Origin: Diadema antillarum
Lineage: Eukaryota
DNA length: 64,000 nt
Assembly: GCF_040938485.1 (NCBI RefSeq)
Contig: NW_027272270.1
Location: 124,001-188,000, forward strand
Reading direction: 5' to 3'
Shown here: positions 38,501 to 51,500 of the stretch, one piece after another
How positions within the stretch are numbered: position 1 is the stretch's first letter
Layout: each line of letters begins with the position of its first letter
Program-made: the position numbers and the translations under genes
Notes under the pieces: model-generated
Databases searched by the model: none
Told to the model about the DNA's origin: nothing
Seen by the model: only the letters and a program-made list of their open reading frames with translations

Positions 38501-39176
38501 AATTCTGATGTATCAAAATCAATATAATATGTCACTTAAGTGTCTTGTCATACTGCTGTAATTTTTGTAGCTGTAATTGCATTTTGTGTTTATTTCCCGA
38601 AATCTATCCTCTCTCACAGGGTGAAGATGGCGTGAAAGAAGTCCTAGACATTTTAAAGGACGAGTTCGACCGAGCAATGGCATTAACAGGTTGGTACACA
38701 ATCGCCTATCTTATATGTCTACTTTCATATTTTATGAGGCAATCAACACAAATCTGTTTCCGATGCAAAACATGTTGGAGTACATTGCATGCAGGCATGC
38801 CGTTTTCGATCATTTTTTATTGTCCATACATATTCCAAAAGCAATTTACTTTTTTGATGACAAATCAGTTCTAATGGGCATCATTACACGTTTTTGATTG
38901 AAATATCTTTCCTTCTCTCAGCTTGAAGGTGCTTATGTCTCTATAATTCTTGAGCTTTCGCTTTTTATATGTGTGTCATTGTTTCGTATGTTTGTTGTCA
39001 TTGATTTAAAAGCTAGAACGAATTCCAAATCACTTCCTCAACAAGGAATCATTTATGTCTGTATATAGCAGTATATGTTTGATCGAAGCTGTTCTCTTGA
39101 TTACACAGGCTGTGCCAACGTTGGCTGCGTGAAGAGGTCTCTCCTGGCTGACAAAAACAACTTTTCCCGCCTGTAA
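30594..39176 (+). CDS. HAO1: FMN-dependent (S)-2-hydroxy-acid oxidase, HAO1/glycolate-oxidase-like, paralogue A; 9 exons, 379 aa
   Basis: Exons 30594-30742, 32296-32447, 35016-35186, 35698-35803, 36569-36738, 37519-37610, 38141-38302, 38620-38689, 39109-39176. GT-AG with matching phases, total 1140 nt. Motifs: [17 protein letters not shown]…[46 protein letters not shown]; C-terminal SRL (PTS1). HAO1 versus HAO2 orthology cannot be resolved by eye. Confidence 0.93.
32494..32579. repeat. (TA)n microsatellite (others at about 25558-25617, 41091-41141, 41495-41524, 42886-42912)
   Basis: Direct inspection. Confidence 0.9.
32580..33459. mobile_element. Tc1/mariner-like non-autonomous element with ~300-bp TIRs (HAO-A intron 2)
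   Basis: TA|CAGTGCGTAT…ATACGCACTG|TA with long imperfect inverted arms; inserted next to a (TA)n tract. Confidence 0.85.
34063..34948 (+). repeat. Tandem array of ~165-bp units containing AAAATTTTCAAGCTCGCTCGCTTCGCTCGCTCGC
   Basis: Motif at 34097, 34219, 34388, 34549, 34711 and 34878; an inverted sister array lies at 61746-62422. Confidence 0.9.
36908..37445 (+). mobile_element. DINE-1/pearl/Tsp-type (Helentron-associated) element
   Basis: Subterminal IR ACCTCCGCC (36913-36921)/GGCGGAGGT (36942-36950), then a (GTCT/GTCC)n microsatellite and three ~120-150-bp core repeats (…GAACGGATGA…CCAAA…GCAG…GGTCAAAGGTC). Confidence 0.75.
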
Positions 39177-41087
39177 GAATTTCTTCTGCTGAGCAGCATT
39201 CATGAAAGAAATCAACCCTTATCTGCTCGTATGCGTGGCACAAGATAATAAAAAGAGATGATTTAAGGGGAAACAGGCTTATTCTATATAATGTTCTAAA
39301 TTCTATATGATGTTCTAAATGGTTTTAAAATATAGCGCACTGCATGTAGGACCTATTATTTTTCTACAACTATGGTGTGTAGCTATGTAAACCAATCGAA
39401 ATATTTATGACTCAAAATGGATGAAAACATCACCGAAGGTAAAATCAATAATGTTATAAAGGTAAATTGTGGGTAATGTTATAGGTTAGGTTATATTGTA
39501 TTTTCACAATGGGTTTGTATCGCTGGAAAACAAGTTAGAAGCAAAATAAAGCCGCAGCCCATAAACTTCTAGGTATTGTTATTGGTGTTGCAGTTGATAT
39601 TCAGGTTACTTGAATAATTGTGGATTTTCTTAACTTGTGAACTCATTCTCCTATTTCTAGAGGCTTCACCCTTCGAATGGGTTATAATAATTGCTCTAAG
39701 GAGATAAGAAAAATGAAGGGAACAACCATTAAAAGTCTTCCACGGATGTTTATGTTAATTCTTGGTAATAGGCCTATAACAAACAGTTGCCTAATTGATG
39801 AGTATTTATGTATAACAGAGGTATAATTGATTGTAATATGGCAAATAATCATCTTGGATGTGAGCCGTACATACACAGCGATAACACATTCTTTTCTTGT
39901 ATTGGAAATTTGCAAACTTATTTGGTATTTGGATAACTGTGAAGTTACGTGTTGGTATTTTTGAAAGTAACAAACTGTTGCTTAATCGATAAGTAAGTTT
40001 TTTTCTCATAATGCAGATAGTGAGACGCCTCCAACGCTAAGATTGTTTAAGATGTAACAGAGGTTGATAATGGTAAATTATGTTGTACGTGCGTAAGTTA
40101 TATCTAGGCCTACATAAAAAGCGATCTCACGTTGGACCTGTTAGGAGTATTTGCGCGCGCGCTTGTGTGTGTGCGTGTCTTTAATGATAAGGTTAAATTG
40201 AATATTAGCTGCAATGCAGTTGTTTCCATAATATATTCCATAGGCATGGTATTGGTAAAGAGGGCACTATAAGTGTATGTTTATATTTCCTTTTACTGCT
40301 TTCTAATAATTGATTTCTGTATATTATAATCGAAAGACACAAATAAACAAATCGTCTAACTCAAATGTACTGCAGTTGTACACGTGATCATTTGTTTTGA
40401 CAACCAGTCAACTTTGTGACATTTTGGATGTTGAGGCATTGTAACTTAGACCGTTAGATATAAAACATTATGTATTCTATCATATAGTGTGGTCCATAAA
40501 GGAATTGAATGTAATCTTATAATTTCTTGCAAATTTGTCAATGCCAATTTATGTCCAATAACGTACAAAACCATGAGTGAATTGAAAAGGTGAAGTATTT
40601 TCATGGCATATACAAATTCATTGTTCATTCTTCATTCATTATTGAGATTATTGGTATCAAGTAAACATTGACAAATTTAGCCCTATGGCGATGTACTTTG
40701 TAAAAACAAAACGACAAACTGGGATTGCCTATCCCCGTTGTAAACATGCAAGGTAAATGTGTGCACAAATGGATTCACACAACATGAAAATTATGAAACA
40801 ATTACAGAATTTCGTGTTTTTGCCATTTTCTTTTGCAACTTGAATAAGGTGTATGTTGTACACCTTTTGAATGAAAGTTTTCCAAATATTCCACCAAAAG
40901 AGAGCACTTGATCGTTGGATTTCAATTCTGATAATGTAATCTTCGGCGAATATAAAGTACACAATTTCAGATTAGTTGTTCAGAGTATAAATATATGAAA
41001 TAGGCTGCATTTACAGGAGTTTATTGTTAGGCGATTTCTTCTTATATTGAACCAATGTATCGTCTTACATTTAATATACTAGTATAC

Positions 41088-41144
<57 letters not shown>

Positions 41145-41494
41145 TTGTTGTTGTTGTTCATTTTCCGTCTGTGAAGATGGCTGGATAGCCCATATTCAGC
41201 TACATTAAGCTGGTCTTCCATGGGGTCCAGTTGGATGTGGGGTAGGACCACTTCACCGGGTTAGACACCCTGCTCTTTGCGATGAATGAATGAAGCGGGA
41301 TCTTTTACGTGCATGAGCTGTGACTCTCTCATACACGGGACCTCCATTTTATGTCCTATCCTAGGGACAGAGTGTTTTGCCTCTTGCTAGAGGGGACGGT
41401 ATGTTTACACACAACATTGCTCAGTCCAGACTCGGGTTCGAACCCGGGCCGCGTGATCGTGAGGCAGACGCGCTACCGACTGAGCCAACTCACC
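41145..41494 (-). mobile_element. tRNA-derived SINE, probably Nin-domain type
   Basis: Pol III A box TGGCTCAGTCGG (41476-41487) and B box GGTTCGAACCC (about 41434-41445). Body contains GCACGTAAAAGATCCC…AAGAGCAGGG…CCCGGTG; (AAC)n tail; (TA)n on both sides. The acceptor stem does not pair, so it is not a tRNA. Confidence 0.75.
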
Positions 41495-42020
41495 TATATA
41501 TGTATATATATATACATATATATACATTTTCACATTATATACCCTTCCAATGTGGTACGGTCTTAAAGGTTTTTTTTCTTTTAAAGAGGTACCCATGTCT
41601 AATTCTGAACCACTTGCAAATCCTTATACAGTTAGGCCTAAAGTACAAACACTACAATATTTACGAGACATACTCGTTACAACGGACGGATAGCGCAGAT
41701 CGACATAGCAAAACTTTCTTCTGAATACAAGCAGCTGACATTGGTTGACCTGCGCCATATCTGTAAGAGGTTTTCCCGATGCCTAATCGCTCCGAATGAA
41801 TGGCATATATTTTTTTTTAACGTTTTTGTTGTAAATAGTTGAACTGACACGACTTTATTCATCCTGACTTGATAGTTGTTCTGTCGTGAATGTTGTGGAC
41901 TTGCACGCACCCCGCCTGACTGTATAGAGAAAGAAAGAAAAAATACAAGAGAGTAACAATACCGTCACATAATGAATAGAATATACGTCCTCGATTAGCT
42001 ACAAACGTTGACCGTGGAGC

Positions 42021-42116
42021 TATAAGTTGCAGTTACGAGCACTGACAAGAATTTACTGTTTCGTTCTGTGCATTGACCGTGCCTGTGTTCTGTTGCCCCG
42101 CTGGAGAAAGGTAAGT
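42021..42116 (+). promoter_or_regulatory. Possible non-coding first exon of HAO paralogue B (TATA-like box plus a perfect donor)
   Basis: TATAAG at 42021-42026 and AAG|GTAAGT at 42110/42111. A good acceptor (TTTTTCGTTTTTCATCCATAG) lies at 45473-45474, 57 nt before the ATG. Inference only. Confidence 0.35.
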
Positions 42117-42867
42117 GTATACCTCCGTAGAACTCGTGTCATTTATTACAAACGTGTCAGGTACCAATCTCATGATATGACCTCCCCGATATCACTATGA
42201 AAACGTGTATAAAACCACAGAGTCGACCAGAATATCGTCAATTATCACCTATGATAATATAATTTATGTTATGCTAAGTTGATAAACGCCATGTTCCCGG
42301 CGACCACGGCTTGCGAGGTTGTAGCTGAAAGGAAAGATTCTAATAAACAGATGCAGTGTTTTAGCCTAATCAAATTACACCAAACCCTCAAAATACCGTT
42401 AAAACGTTCAGATTACTTTCATTACAGTTGCTATTTTGAAGTGCATAGCTGTTTTCGGGTATTATTAACCAGTGTACATAGAGAAGCAAGTAGTGTTATA
42501 TATTCATCATGTACCAACCATTTTCGAAGTTCTCATGATGATTAAACACTGTTTAAATCTTTTTAAAAATACCTCCAAACCACAGTCGGTATCGAATATA
42601 TACCCATAACTTCTCCAATTATACTTTGCAGGAATGTCGAGCTGAGCTAAAGATTGTGATGACACATAAATTCGTTCATCATCTTTTTTGAAAATTCGTA
42701 GCACGAATTTCTAAAAAGCACCTACTATACCACGTAACAAAGAGGTCATCCTCAGAAGTTCATCATCTCTGTTGCTAGAATTTTGGTTTACCAGCGTTCT
42801 TTTTTCTTCCAGGCTCAATACACTACCAAAATTAAGGTTTTGTGTACATCTCGCGTGCTTTAAAAAA

Positions 42868-42915
<48 letters not shown>

Positions 42916-43818
42916 ATAAAAAAATATACAGTTATGAACAGAGCAACCTAACTATGAGTCGTCAATGTGAAAAGTGAAACATCATTTTCCAGCCTCATAC
43001 AGTGTCATGGCACGTTCCGAAAGACGCCCTTCTAGATCAAAGGTCCTCGTTGATATCAACAACCATTGCCCTCTCAATATATTCATTTCTTTTTCTCCAT
43101 ACCCTTTGGACTGTGCATTTAAACATCTGGCTACTTTATTCCTGCCTTTGCTATTTGTAAGTATCCGCCACAGTTTCCTCGCATGGTTCATGAGAAAATC
43201 GCTCCTTGGTTTCAGACATACAGTACTAGAACTATACATGACCATTTGTTTATGCTGTTTTTTGCTTGCACCCAACAATGTAAGCCAGGTGGTATAAAAT
43301 CCATTTCATAGTACAGTATATCATGGACAAGGTCAACAGCTTATAGCTTATCGCTCGGGGCCCGGACGTCACTTTTCCGTTGGTTTATATTTTGTCAGTT
43401 CAATTCATTGAGTGGCTCACACTTGTCTTCTGCAAGTCTGTGTTTCACGCGAAATATTTTTCGAATGATAAAATGATTTCCATCGAATAGTTTTATATCA
43501 CAATGTATGTAATGTATTTACTGTATTACATTCTTTTGGGGGTAAATTTATCGGGGAAAAACGTGGTATATAGAATCTGATTTGATTTGAAGTGAGTGGT
43601 TTGTTGTTGGTGTTTTTTTTTTTTTACCTAAGATGAAAGATACGGGTAGATGTTTTGAATTGTTATTTACCGAGTGATTACAACTAGCATTTGTTTGTAT
43701 GTGTGTGTGTATGTATGTTTTTTTGTGTTTTTTTTTGTGAGTGTGAACAAAATGTTGGTACCTCAGAATCTTTTGCAAGCTATTTGTCATTGTTTGTTTT
43801 TCCTTCTTTGCTTCTTAA

Positions 43819-44215
43819 AGGGATGGTACAGCTTCGGTTGTGATGGGGATTCAGGTTTCTAACTTCTTTTCATGATAATTTTGAAAGATCTTGAAAAATT
43901 CCTTACGAAATATGACAGAGCATATAATTCTAAGAGGAATTCCAAGCTTGATGAAAATTGGCTTTGAAATGGCTAAGACATTGAAAAAAGCGATCATAAT
44001 GAAAGGTTGGACTCACTTTATGATCGGTTTGTTTTATTGTGCTTTTAGGATATCCCCGCCATTTAAAAACAAATTTTCATCAACTAAACTTTGAATTCCT
44101 CTTAAAATCGCATATGTTCTTTACCGTCCCATAAAGTAGATTCCGTATCTTGCAAAAAAAAAAAAAAAGAAAATTAAAAGCTGAATCCTCACCTCAGCTA
44201 ATGCTATACCATCCT
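43819..44215. mobile_element. Kolobok-like MITE (first copy within the 1.13-kb duplication)
   Basis: TTAA|AGGGATGGTACAG…CTATACCATCCT; CTGAATCCTCACCTCAG shared with 25214-25656. Confidence 0.7.
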
Positions 44216-44948
44216 TTTTGTGTGCATGTGTTTCTCGACGTCCACATGTTTCTTTATCCACAAATCCATTAATCAGTCCATGAAATCACTTCCACGTAAA
44301 GAATATTCTGAGTCTGCTGAGTCTATTTTTCGTTTTTCATCCATAGACAAACAGTACTAGAACTATACATGACCATTTGTTTATGCTGTTTTTTGCTTGC
44401 ACCCAACAATGTAAGCCAGGTGGTATAAAATCCATTTCATAGTACAGTATATCATGGACAAGGTCAACAGCTTATAGCTTATCGCTCGGGGCCCGGACGT
44501 CACTTTTCCGTTGGTTTATATTTTGTCAGTTCAATTCATTGAGTGGCTCACACTTGTCTTCTGCAAGTCTGTGTTTCACGCGAAATATTTTTCGAATGAT
44601 AAAATGATTTCCATCGAATAGTTTTATATCACAATGTATGTAATGTATTTACTGTATTACATTCTTTTGGGGGTAAATTTATCGGGAAAAACGTGGTATA
44701 TAGAATCTGATTTGATTTGAAGTGAGTGGTTTGTTGTTGGTGTTTTTTTTTTTTTTACCTAAGATGAAAGATACGGGTAGATGTTTTGAATTGTTATTTA
44801 CCGAGTGATTACAACTAGCATTTGTTTGTATGTGTGTGTGTATGTATGTTTTTTTGTGTTTTTTTTGTGAGTGTGAACAAAATGTTGGTACCTCAGAATC
44901 TTTTGCAAGCTATTTGTCATTGTTTGTTTTTCCTTCTTTGCTTCTTAA

Positions 44949-45343
44949 AGGGATGGTACAGCTTCGGTTGTGATGGGGATTCAGGTTTCTAACTTCTTTT
45001 CATGATAATTTTGAAAGATCTTGAAAAATTCCTTACGAAATATGACAGAGCATATAATTCTAAGAGGAATTCCAAGCTTGATGAAAATTGGCTTTGAAAT
45101 GGCTAAGACATTGAAAAAAGCGATCATAATGAAAGGTTGGACTCACTTTATGATCGGTTTGTTTTATTGTGCTTTTAGGATATCCCCGCCATTTAAAAAC
45201 AAATTTTTATCAACTAAACTTTGAATTCCTCTTAAAATCGCATATGTTCTTTACCGTCCCATAAAGTAGATTCCGTATCTTGCAAAAAAAAAAAAAGAAA
45301 ATTAAAAGCTGAATCCTCACCTCAGCTAATGCTATACCATCCT
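44949..45343. mobile_element. Kolobok-like MITE (second copy within the 1.13-kb duplication)
   Basis: Near-identical to 43819-44215. Confidence 0.7.
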
Positions 45344-45531
45344 TTTTGTGTGCATGTGTTTCTCGACGTCCACATGTTTCTTTATCCACAAATCCATTAA
45401 TCAGTCCATGAAATCACTTCCACGTAAAGAATATTCTGAGTCTGCTGAGTCTATTTTTCGTTTTTCATCCATAGACAAAAGGGCGCTAAAACCAAACTCG
45501 TCACACTCGAGAACACCGGCTAGAACCCAAA

Positions 45532-48500
45532 ATGTCTCATGGAACGAGGAGAGTGTGTGTAGACGACTACGAGAAAGACGCCAAGAGAATCATTGACCCG
45601 CTGTTGTTGGACTACTACCAGGGAGGAGCGGACGAAGAGATTACTCTCAATGAGAGTCGCACGGCTTTCAGGCGGTACGTCAAAAGGATAACCAAAGTTG
45701 TAGTGATGCTTCATTTCATTTCATTTCATTTTATTTCATTTATTTCATTTCCTACAAAATTACACAATACAATATAACAGTTGCATATACAAAAATAGAG
45801 TACAATGTGACTTTTGCATATCGAAATTAAAGCAGATTTTTTTTTGATAAAACAAAACTTAGTTTAAGGAAATACATAGTCAAACTTTATTACTGAGTCG
45901 TATATCAAGGGAAAGATATCGGAAATGAAGGGGACTGCTAAAAAAACCTAGCTTGTAAAATGCAGTCCCCACGTGAGTGGCAAATAGTAGTAATAGCCAA
46001 ACAAAACGATAAGACAATAATGAAGCTTACTTGAGAGTGCGTAAATTATTTGTGTTTTTTAATGGTTACAAAAGACTCACTGTAAGCTACGGAACAATCA
46101 TTGCTTGCATATTGTTCATGTACATTGATAGTACAGGAACCAAAAAAATATCAAATCAAATCAAATCAAATCAATTGAAATTCACCATGTGTGGCGCCAT
46201 ACGACTCCCCAATACTGTGTCTGCATATTTACTTGTGTATGCTTAGCATCCTACCCAAGAAGGCACACAAGATGTGAATCAGCTCTTTTTACAACTACCG
46301 GAAATTCATCTTGACAACTACCCCAAAATATGAAAGAAATTGTTGCATCATAATGATTGACGATGCAATTTGATTATAATTTTCCTGAACATTTAAGAAA
46401 GATACAGAAAGCCAATCAAAGTACATGTATACACTACAACCAAAAGGAAATATCATAAACAACAACCCTTCTTGCTCTACATCCGTTTGTGATTAATGTT
46501 TGTAATCAATCATTATTGACTAACTGGCAGTATAAACAAGAGGAACAATTAAAAGTAGAGACAACGAAACAACAAAGTTAATAAACACGTACGCACGCAC
46601 ACGCACGCACACGCACACACACACACACACACACAAACTAAAAATCTTCCTGTTGAATATTCAGTTTGGTTCACTTTCCATGTGATAGGTACCGTTTTCG
46701 GCCTAGGATACTCCGTGACGTCTCGAACAGAGATATTTCGACCACGATACTGGGTCATCGAATCTCCTTTCCTTGTTGCATCTCGCCCACAGCCTTCCAC
46801 AAGGGTGCTCATCCCGATGGGGAGTTGGCCACTGCGAAGGGTAAGTTACAAGATGCAATAAACTAGATTTAAATATCTGTAAAATGATGGTGACAGTGAA
46901 AGAGTAAAAGGCAATGATATCAGATGATTTGAAAAAAAAAGATACAATTTCGGTTAACAATGTCTTGACAACCATTTCCACAGCCGCCGCTTCCCATGAC
47001 GTACTGATGGCGGTAAGCTCCTCTTCCACCTGCTCCGTTGCAGGTATCACCAAGGCTGCCCCGACCGGATTGCGGATGATGCAGTTATATCCTTTCAAGA
47101 ACAGAAAAATAACCGAGTTACTAGTTAAGCAGGCGGAGAAGGCCAACTTTCAAGGTAGCAAGTGTACCCATTGAAAATCACAACGTGTTTGTGTCTTGTG
47201 TATCTTGTCTATACCCAGGATAGCCTTGACGTAATTTGGAAATAGGCAAACATTGTCTATTGCTCAATGATTGATTATGCGCTTTTTCTTTTTGCATCTT
47301 AAGAATGTGCACAAAGTCCAACTTAAACATTGATTCATAAGATAGAATTAACGTAGACGGAATAGCATGGTCACACATACATACGCAAATAAATACTTTG
47401 GTGGACGAAAGAGTCTGAACAGTTAATCATTCTATCATTTACACGATATGGCTAACTGAAGGGATGAACTAGAGATCCATGTGTTGAGTTATGCTGTATA
47501 GATCATCCTGGAATTGTACCATGGACTTGTAGAGAGCACGTCACTTTGTGCAAGACACTATCATATAATTAGGATAAAGACTATCATTTTGTAACTTTTA
47601 ATTGTCTGAACGAGTGGACATGTTCTCCATGACATGCGTAGAAATAACTTAAATGTAGCGGTTTATTTTCCATGACACATTCATTTATGAATCATCTTTT
47701 ATTGTCGTACATCCCAGCTACTTTGGTCACTGTTGACGTATCTGTTTACGGGAAAAGGAGGCAAGATTTGCGGAATGACACCTTCAAAGTGGTCATCACA
47801 AATCCAGCCTATGCCTTTCTGAGGTAGTTTGTGATACGTGTATACAGGACTTCACTCTCGTATTTCCACTGCATAACATCTCACATGGCTATATTGCTTA
47901 ACCATGTATTAATAAAGGGAATCTAACACAATAAAGTCTGATTTATCTTTGGTTTTAAGTCTGAGAGGCAGTGTAATGTACTTTGTTTATCAAGGGAAAT
48001 ATAAAACTATTTAGCATGCAATCACCGAAACGATGATATATTTATTGTTTGATGTAAATTCAAAGGCAAAACTCTCACTAACCCACTGCTTTCTACAGGA
48101 TATCAGTGACAATACTTTCTTTACTTTACTATACTTTCTATTTTATTAATAACAACCCCTATACCGGTACCTTAGGAAGCATCGTTGCCAAATGATTAGA
48201 ACTGTTTTCAATTCCAATTTCAATTCAATTCAATATTGTCATGTATTTCCATTCCCCGAAAGTTGAAATAAGATGTAAATTCAGTTGCTTGATATTATCT
48301 TGCGACGAATCATATAAGATATGGATAAGATATAAATCTTAGTGATATTTTGTATGCAACAAAATGGGGAAAGTCATAAGTGTGAGGTCATCTTCACTTT
48401 GACTCGTTTGCATTTTGTGACTCATTGGTGAGAAAATTTGATATCGTAATAGTTCAAAACCTTCTGAATTTATGTCCACTATATATGAAAATCCTACCGA

Positions 48501-51500
48501 TCTTTGTCGCACTTATCAAAGTTGACAGTGAGGTGAAGTGCTATTCATTTTTGTCATTGCCTATACCATTATCCTTCTCATAGCAATGATTGTACACGTG
48601 CTATTTTAACGATATTAAGTATTAAAGGCATCTGATGATCTTGAGTTAGCACCTTTACGCATCTGAGATTGTATGGCCATAGCATCAATTGGATATGTTT
48701 AACGAATGCGAATACTACATAAATAATTGCTTCTGTAAGGACATGTGAGATCATACCTCTTATAAACTGGTAACCAGGCAACCCAAATTAACTCTTTATG
48801 AGCCATGGTATAAATCCCCTGTGTGCCACATTGTTCTGAGACACAAATGTAGCCATGCTTTGGAGAAACAATCCGCTTCTCAAATCGCTTTAAGTTAAAG
48901 TAGATTTTTGTTACCTTGGAAATAAAATGATCAAAGTTGTCGAGAAAATGCCAAACTTTGCTTAGATGTAAGTTGTCGAGAAAATGCCAAACTTTGCTTT
49001 GATGTAAGTTGTATGACCAGTAGCCATACTACTGTAGAGCCATTACTTTTGCACGCAAAACAGTGCCAGAAACTTAGAATTTACTCGCAAATCCAATAGG
49101 GAACACCACTTGATTGTCAATCACCACATAAAATCAAGTTTCCTGTGGCAAGAATGAAATCACGAGAAACGCGTCCATCGTACTCTGGCATTTGGCGATT
49201 TATCGGTCCGTTTGGGCGGCTTTGTGGTTTTGAGCAGAATATACGAAGTTGGCACGCCGTCGACTGAGTTGGCGGTGCGAACATGGCACATAAAGAGTTA
49301 AGGCAGCACCAGCCTACTGATACCCTCTTTCCATCCTCCTTGACTCACAGATGTGTGATCATGGACCTGATCGAGGAAGATGTCGCACGAGCCACCGCCG
49401 AGGGCGACTCTCTGCTCTGGCTCTACGCTCAATCCATTGATGCCTCCATCACATGGGAAGATATAAAGTGGATCAAGAGCATTTCATCCTTACCTTTGGT
49501 GGTCAAGGGTGTACTCACAGGTATGAGGATGTCCCCTTGCCCACCACTGCCCATACAAATCGGCATCATCGTGGCATTGCAGTAAACTGCAGAGGTATAG
49601 TGCCGCTGGTGACGCGGTTCCAAATTCCCGGATCTTTCTTTTTTTCGCTTGGCAATCTATTTGTGTTCACATTGATGCAGATCGAGCACACGATCTTACG
49701 GCAAGTAACAGTTGATACAAAACAAGAGATCTATAGAAGTTATGCTTTCAAACCAAAAACATTCTTGTGAATACACCCTATATTGTATGTGAATGCTATA
49801 ACTATCAATTATCAATTATAACCAGGATTTTACTATACATTAATTTTTTTACTATACACATTCATACTAACATGAATATTATGAATACACTACTTACCAG
49901 TATGCATGCCATCCACCCACATAAACATCATAATTTTATAATACGTTTGCCAACCTCAACACGGTTTAGAGGAGCATTTTATTCAAGTGTTTTGGACAAG
50001 TAGACCTGCACATTAATGCTGTGGTTGCTGTCGAATCTGTACATTCTCTGTATAGCACAGCGCTTCTCTTTTCTGCAACAGGCGAGATGGCACGCGAGGC
50101 TGCGGCGGCCGGGGTAGACGGGATCTTGGTCTCGGCTCACGGGGGCAGGCAGCTGGACTCGGTCATAGCCCCGGTTCGAAAATCATGATTGTACATGCAA
50201 ATTAGTTAATTAGCATCTATATCAGTGCATTGCTACCCGACTTTTAGTGCTATTTTTTAATGTAGAACAGGCCACAGTTATCTTATGGAATCGATTTTAT
50301 TGTGGTTTATTCAAAACCTTCGATTTTTTTCTAGTCTACAAACTTACACTTCATTTTTATCTTTACTATTTTTTTTGTCGGTTTTCATCATTTTCTGCAT
50401 GCGTTTTCCCTATATTTTCTTTTTAATCATATTGGTTGAGAATTGTCAATTCCCTATCTTCATTAATATGCGTCTTATTCATATTCAGTCGTGATTCGGG
50501 ATGAATGGACGATCACAGTTCCTCATCATCAACTGTCATCCAAATTCTAAATCTACTCTCTAACACTAGCTTGATGCCCTGCCGGAAGTGGTTGAAGCTG
50601 TACGTGGTACCAATGTAGAAGTATACGTTGATGGAGGCGTGCGTACTGGAGCGGACATCCTCAAGGCACTCGCCCTTGGAGCCCGGGCTGCGTTCATCGG
50701 CAGGCCGGTGATATGGGGACTTGCATGTGGAGTAAGTTAACCCTTTCTGTCCTTATTGCCAACACATCTATACGAAATTCCATTAGGATTTTAGGATGGT
50801 GATCCAACAAGGGTTAATTGACAGAAGTGTAGAGGTTGGAGGGGGGGGGGGGTCTTGGAGCAAAGGATTAGGCTTAGGGACTTGGGAATGAAAATTATAA
50901 TGTCCATGTGTCTGGTATGCTTTTGTACCTGTGTTAGGATGACACACAATAGCGTGACTTGAGATCAATACGAACCGATAAGAGCACGGGGAGTTTTCAA
51001 GTGATACTGAATCCTCCACCGTCTCCAATAAAGAAATGTGTCCAAAATCATAATCATATTCTTATCTAATGAAAATGTACGTTAATGTACCCAAGAGATT
51101 AAAAGACAGGTCACGAACAGAACTGATTGCATGGAATATCGAAAAATATAAAATAACATTTTGAAATACTTGATCATTCATGTTGTCGCCCTTTACGTTC
51201 AAATGGAAGGTAAAACGAAATACAATGTATTATACATCAGATCAGGGAGCAGTGCCCACCGGACGCAGATTATTGTCCTCATTACAACATATAGTCTATG
51301 TACAGTCTGATGGCTGTTCCCTATAATTGTCTTTTTGTCTTTTTGTCTTTTTTAGGGGGAAGCAGGAGTAACAGGAGTCCTAGAGATTCTAAAAGATGAA
51401 TTCAGCCGAGCCATGGCATTGACAGGTATGTTATGATACACGTATCTCTGGGGAACGATATAATTTATTAAAATGGAATAAACTGTTTTCAGTAAAGATT

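Larger units (their letters stand above)
43220..45478 (+). repeat. Near-identical tandem direct duplication, unit about 1.13 kb (43220-44350 / 44351-45478)
   Basis: Colinear; the differences seen are homopolymer lengths and C44078/T45208. Confidence 0.95.

Noticed and set aside
41420-41494. tRNA gene
   Set aside because: A and B boxes are present but the acceptor and anticodon stems do not pair, and it continues into a SINE body.
48934-49012. 36-bp direct repeat resembling a CRISPR repeat
   Set aside because: No spacers, only 2.2 contiguous units, inside a eukaryotic MITE.
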